In this document: in pieces, positions 61,283 to 64,000 of the stretch | Layout: the number at the start of each line of letters is the position of its first letter | Position numbering within the stretch: the first letter of the stretch is position 1 | From: Octopus vulgaris | Taxonomy: Eukaryota | Length of the DNA stretch: 64,000 nt | Assembly (NCBI GenBank): GCA_951406725.2 | Contig: OX597827.1 | Location: 45,012,001 to 45,076,000, forward strand | Direction: 5' to 3' | Notes under the pieces: generated by a model | What the model was told of the DNA's origin: nothing | Database searches by the model: none | What the model saw: only the letters and a program-made list of their open reading frames with translations | Made by a program: the position numbers and the translations under genes

Positions 61283-63875
61283 GAGGACTGCTTCACTGAC
61301 CTGGGCCGCCGACCATCCCTGTGGACGCCTGCCCCCGGCCAGTTCCTAGCAGTGGATCTTTTCGCGGGCGCCTGTCAGCGTGCGTTGGAGCGGTTCGACT
61401 TCTCCAGGCGCCACCGCCGCCTCAACATCTCCCCGGCCGAGCTCTCGGCTCTTCGTTCCCTCCAACGGCGCGCTGATATTATCATCAAACCGGCTGACAA
61501 GGGTGGAGCTGTGGTGGTGTGGTGCGCGAACCTCTACAGGGCCGAGGCGCTCCGCCAACTCAATCGCATCCAACCTCATTGTGCGAACCCCACGCACCCC
61601 CACCATTTACTTCCTCCCCAAAATCCACAAACCCAACAACCCTGGCCGCCCCATCGTCTCCGCCTGTAACTGCCCCACGGAGCTCATCTCAAAATATCTC
61701 GACCGTGTCCTTGCCCCCCTAGTGGCGTCTCTTCCCTCCAACATCCACAACACCAACCATGCTCTCCGGCTTTTCAACTCTTTCTCCTTTCCTCCCGGCT
61801 CCTCCAAAATACTTTTTACAATGGACATCCAGATCCCCTATACTGTCATCCCTCACCACGAAGGACTGCGGGCACTTTCTCGACCTCCGCCCCAACCCCG
61901 AACCCGACACCTCCACACTCATTCGTCTGGCCGAACTTGTCCTTTCTCTTAACTGCTTCTCGTTCGCGGGCGAGTTCTACCAACAGTTCTCGGGAGTGGC
62001 CATGGGAACGCGAATGGGCCCCAACTATGCGAACCTGTTCGTTGGCTATGTTGAGGCCCAAATATTCTCTAGTTTCACTGGTCCCACTCCCAAACTATAC
62101 GGTCGTTACATTGACGACATTATCGGTGCCACCTCACTCTCACGTGAACATCTAGATTCCTTCTTCTCTTTCGTTCAATCCTTCCATCCTGCCCTCCACT
62201 TCACCCCCACTATCTCCAACACCTCTGTCTCCTTCCTCGGCATTTCGGTCAGCATTCATCACTCCACTCTTACCACCTCCATTCACTACAAACACACAGA
62301 CTCACACTCATACCTAAACTTCTCTTCCTCCCACCCCAAACACACCAAGCTTTCCATCCCCTATTCCCAGTTCCTCCGTCTACGTAGGCTCTGTAGTGAC
62401 GACCATGACTTTGAGACTCAGTCTCAACGTATGGCTCACCACTTCATCCTACGTGGATACCCCCTCACCACTATCCACACCGCCCTTGCCAGAGCACGTT
62501 CCGTGGACCGTGTATCTGCTCTCTCTCCCCGAACCCGCCCTGTAGTCTCCCGCCTCCCTTTTCCCCTCACTTACCACCCCACGACCCTACCTCTCCAACG
62601 CACCATTCTTCGAGCTTTCCGGCATCTCCAGTCCGACCCGTCCACTTCACACCTCTTCCCTAACCGACCCTCCCCTCCTTCAAACGAGCCCATAACCTAC
62701 GAGACCTCTTGGTCCACAGCTCCTTCCCTGACCCTACCTCTCAACTTGGCTCGTTCCCCTGCTCCCGCCCACGTTGCCACACTTGCCCTTACCTCTCCAA
62801 CACCACCCTCCTCACTGGCACCCATCATCGACCCTATCGCATCATCAACTCCTTCACCTCCGTGACATCCGCCTTGCCAACGACACACCGGTCTCACGCC
62901 ATTTCCGCTCCACCGGTCACTCCTTGCAACACCTGTCTGTGTTCGGAGTGTTCTTGCACCGAGGCCATCCGGATTCCCGTTTGCGCCGTGAACAGGAATT
63001 AATCTTCTCTCTTCGCTCTTTTACGCCATTCGATCTCAACTCTCCCCCCTTCTCATCTAACCTCCCCCCGTCTCCTACTTCTCTTCAGTCCTTCATCTTT
63101 TCACCCCTACTCTCTTTCCCTCCTCTTCTTTCCCTCCTCTTCTTTCCTCTTTCTTCTTCCCTCTTCCCCTTCTCTCTTTCTCTCTGGTCTCTCACTCCAC
63201 TTCTCTCCCCTCCCCCTCTCCCCTCCTTTCCCCCTCCTCTTCTCCTCTCCTTCCCCCCTCTCAACCCCCTTCCCTCTCCTCTCCTTCTTTCTCCCCATCC
63301 CCCCTCATCTCCTCTCCTCTCTCCCCTCCCTCCACTCCTCCCTCTCTCTTCTCTCCCCCTTTTACTCTCCCCACAACCCCCACTCTACCCCAACCCCCAG
63401 CCGAACCCACACCCCACATGGGCTTTCCCCCACCTCCCACCACACTATACTACACTACACTATAAGACACTACACTACACCATACGACACTACACGTCAC
63501 ATCATACATACATACACACGTCCAGACCTTTCATACGCACATACATACTCTCTCATACACACACGCACCCTTATGTTGGGGCGAGGTCATTTGACCTTGT
63601 TATCTCCCCTACTATCCCTCTTGCGTCTAACGTCTGATCTCTGACTTCTGGCCGAAATCAGACCGCCATGTTAATTCGTTAGCTCCTGCACGCAATTTTT
63701 TTCTCTCCTTGTTTCTCTCCGTGTTTCTTTTCTGTGTATCTTTCTGTTGAAGAGCGTAGGCTCGAAACGTAAAAGACTTGTTTTATTTCTATTCCTGAGC
63801 GCTATACTAATACAATTGTTTGTTTGTACTCCACCTGCCTTCGTCTTTTGTTTATTTTCGTAAGCTTCCCGTTAT
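61283..63875 (+). mobile_element. Penelope-like retroelement, 5'-truncated and frameshifted (RT plus partial GIY-YIG)
   Basis: IIIKPADKGGAVVVW, IYFLPKIHKPNNPGRPIVS, GVAMGTRMGPNYANLF, RYIDDI, HSYLNFSSSHPKHTKLSIPYSQFLRLRRLCS, Cys linker CSRPRCHTC, endonuclease C-terminus PVSRHF...RLRREQELIFSL. Flanked by (TA)n. Confidence 0.92.
63739..63776 (+). ncRNA. Minimal hammerhead-like motif (core variant) in the Penelope-like terminal region
   Basis: TCTTT CTGTTGA A GAGC-GTAG-GCTC GAAA CG TA AAAGA. Stems I and II pair. The core reads CUGUUGA rather than CUGANGA. Confidence 0.6.
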
Positions 63876-64000
63876 ATACATGTATATATGTACACACACA
63901 CACGTATATATGTACACACACGCGCACACATACACGCACTATATGTGTTTACACATACATATATGTGTGTGAGTACATACGTACATACTTACATATTACA

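Noticed and set aside
62774-63637. 287-aa Pro/Leu/Ser-rich ORF
   Set aside because: Only about 65 aa are the PLE endonuclease C-terminus. The rest is read-through of a C/T-rich low-complexity tract.

Overview
AT-rich, repeat-dense animal genomic DNA. The SINE families, microsatellite load and intron style suggest a cephalopod, probably an octopus; this is an inference. The main gene is a + strand PUS1 (TruA-family tRNA pseudouridine synthase 1) with 17 coding exons from 19392 to 47285. I assembled it by hand into a 493-aa protein, and every junction is phase-compatible. It is probably transcribed from a CpG-rich promoter near 2.2-2.4 kb through non-coding exons. Highlights: (1) an intron with AT-AC ends and a U2-like donor (AAG|ATAAGT ... 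T-tract-AC|ATG), plus a separate textbook GT-AG U12 intron in the same gene; (2) two in-frame starts that predict mitochondrial and nuclear isoforms, with an overlapping uATG; (3) an orphan 70-aa ORF with its own splice acceptor and a long repeat-poor tail inside the 5' intron, possibly a second product of the PUS1 promoter; (4) two intact-looking type I hammerhead ribozymes and a core-variant one at the end of a Penelope-like element; (5) a 35-bp intronic hairpin. The rest is SINEs, MITEs, Helitron/Helentron-like elements, RTE and R4/Dong-like LINE fragments, and simple repeats. Most ORFs in the supplied track are repeat artefacts. All calls come from reading the sequence; no searches were run.
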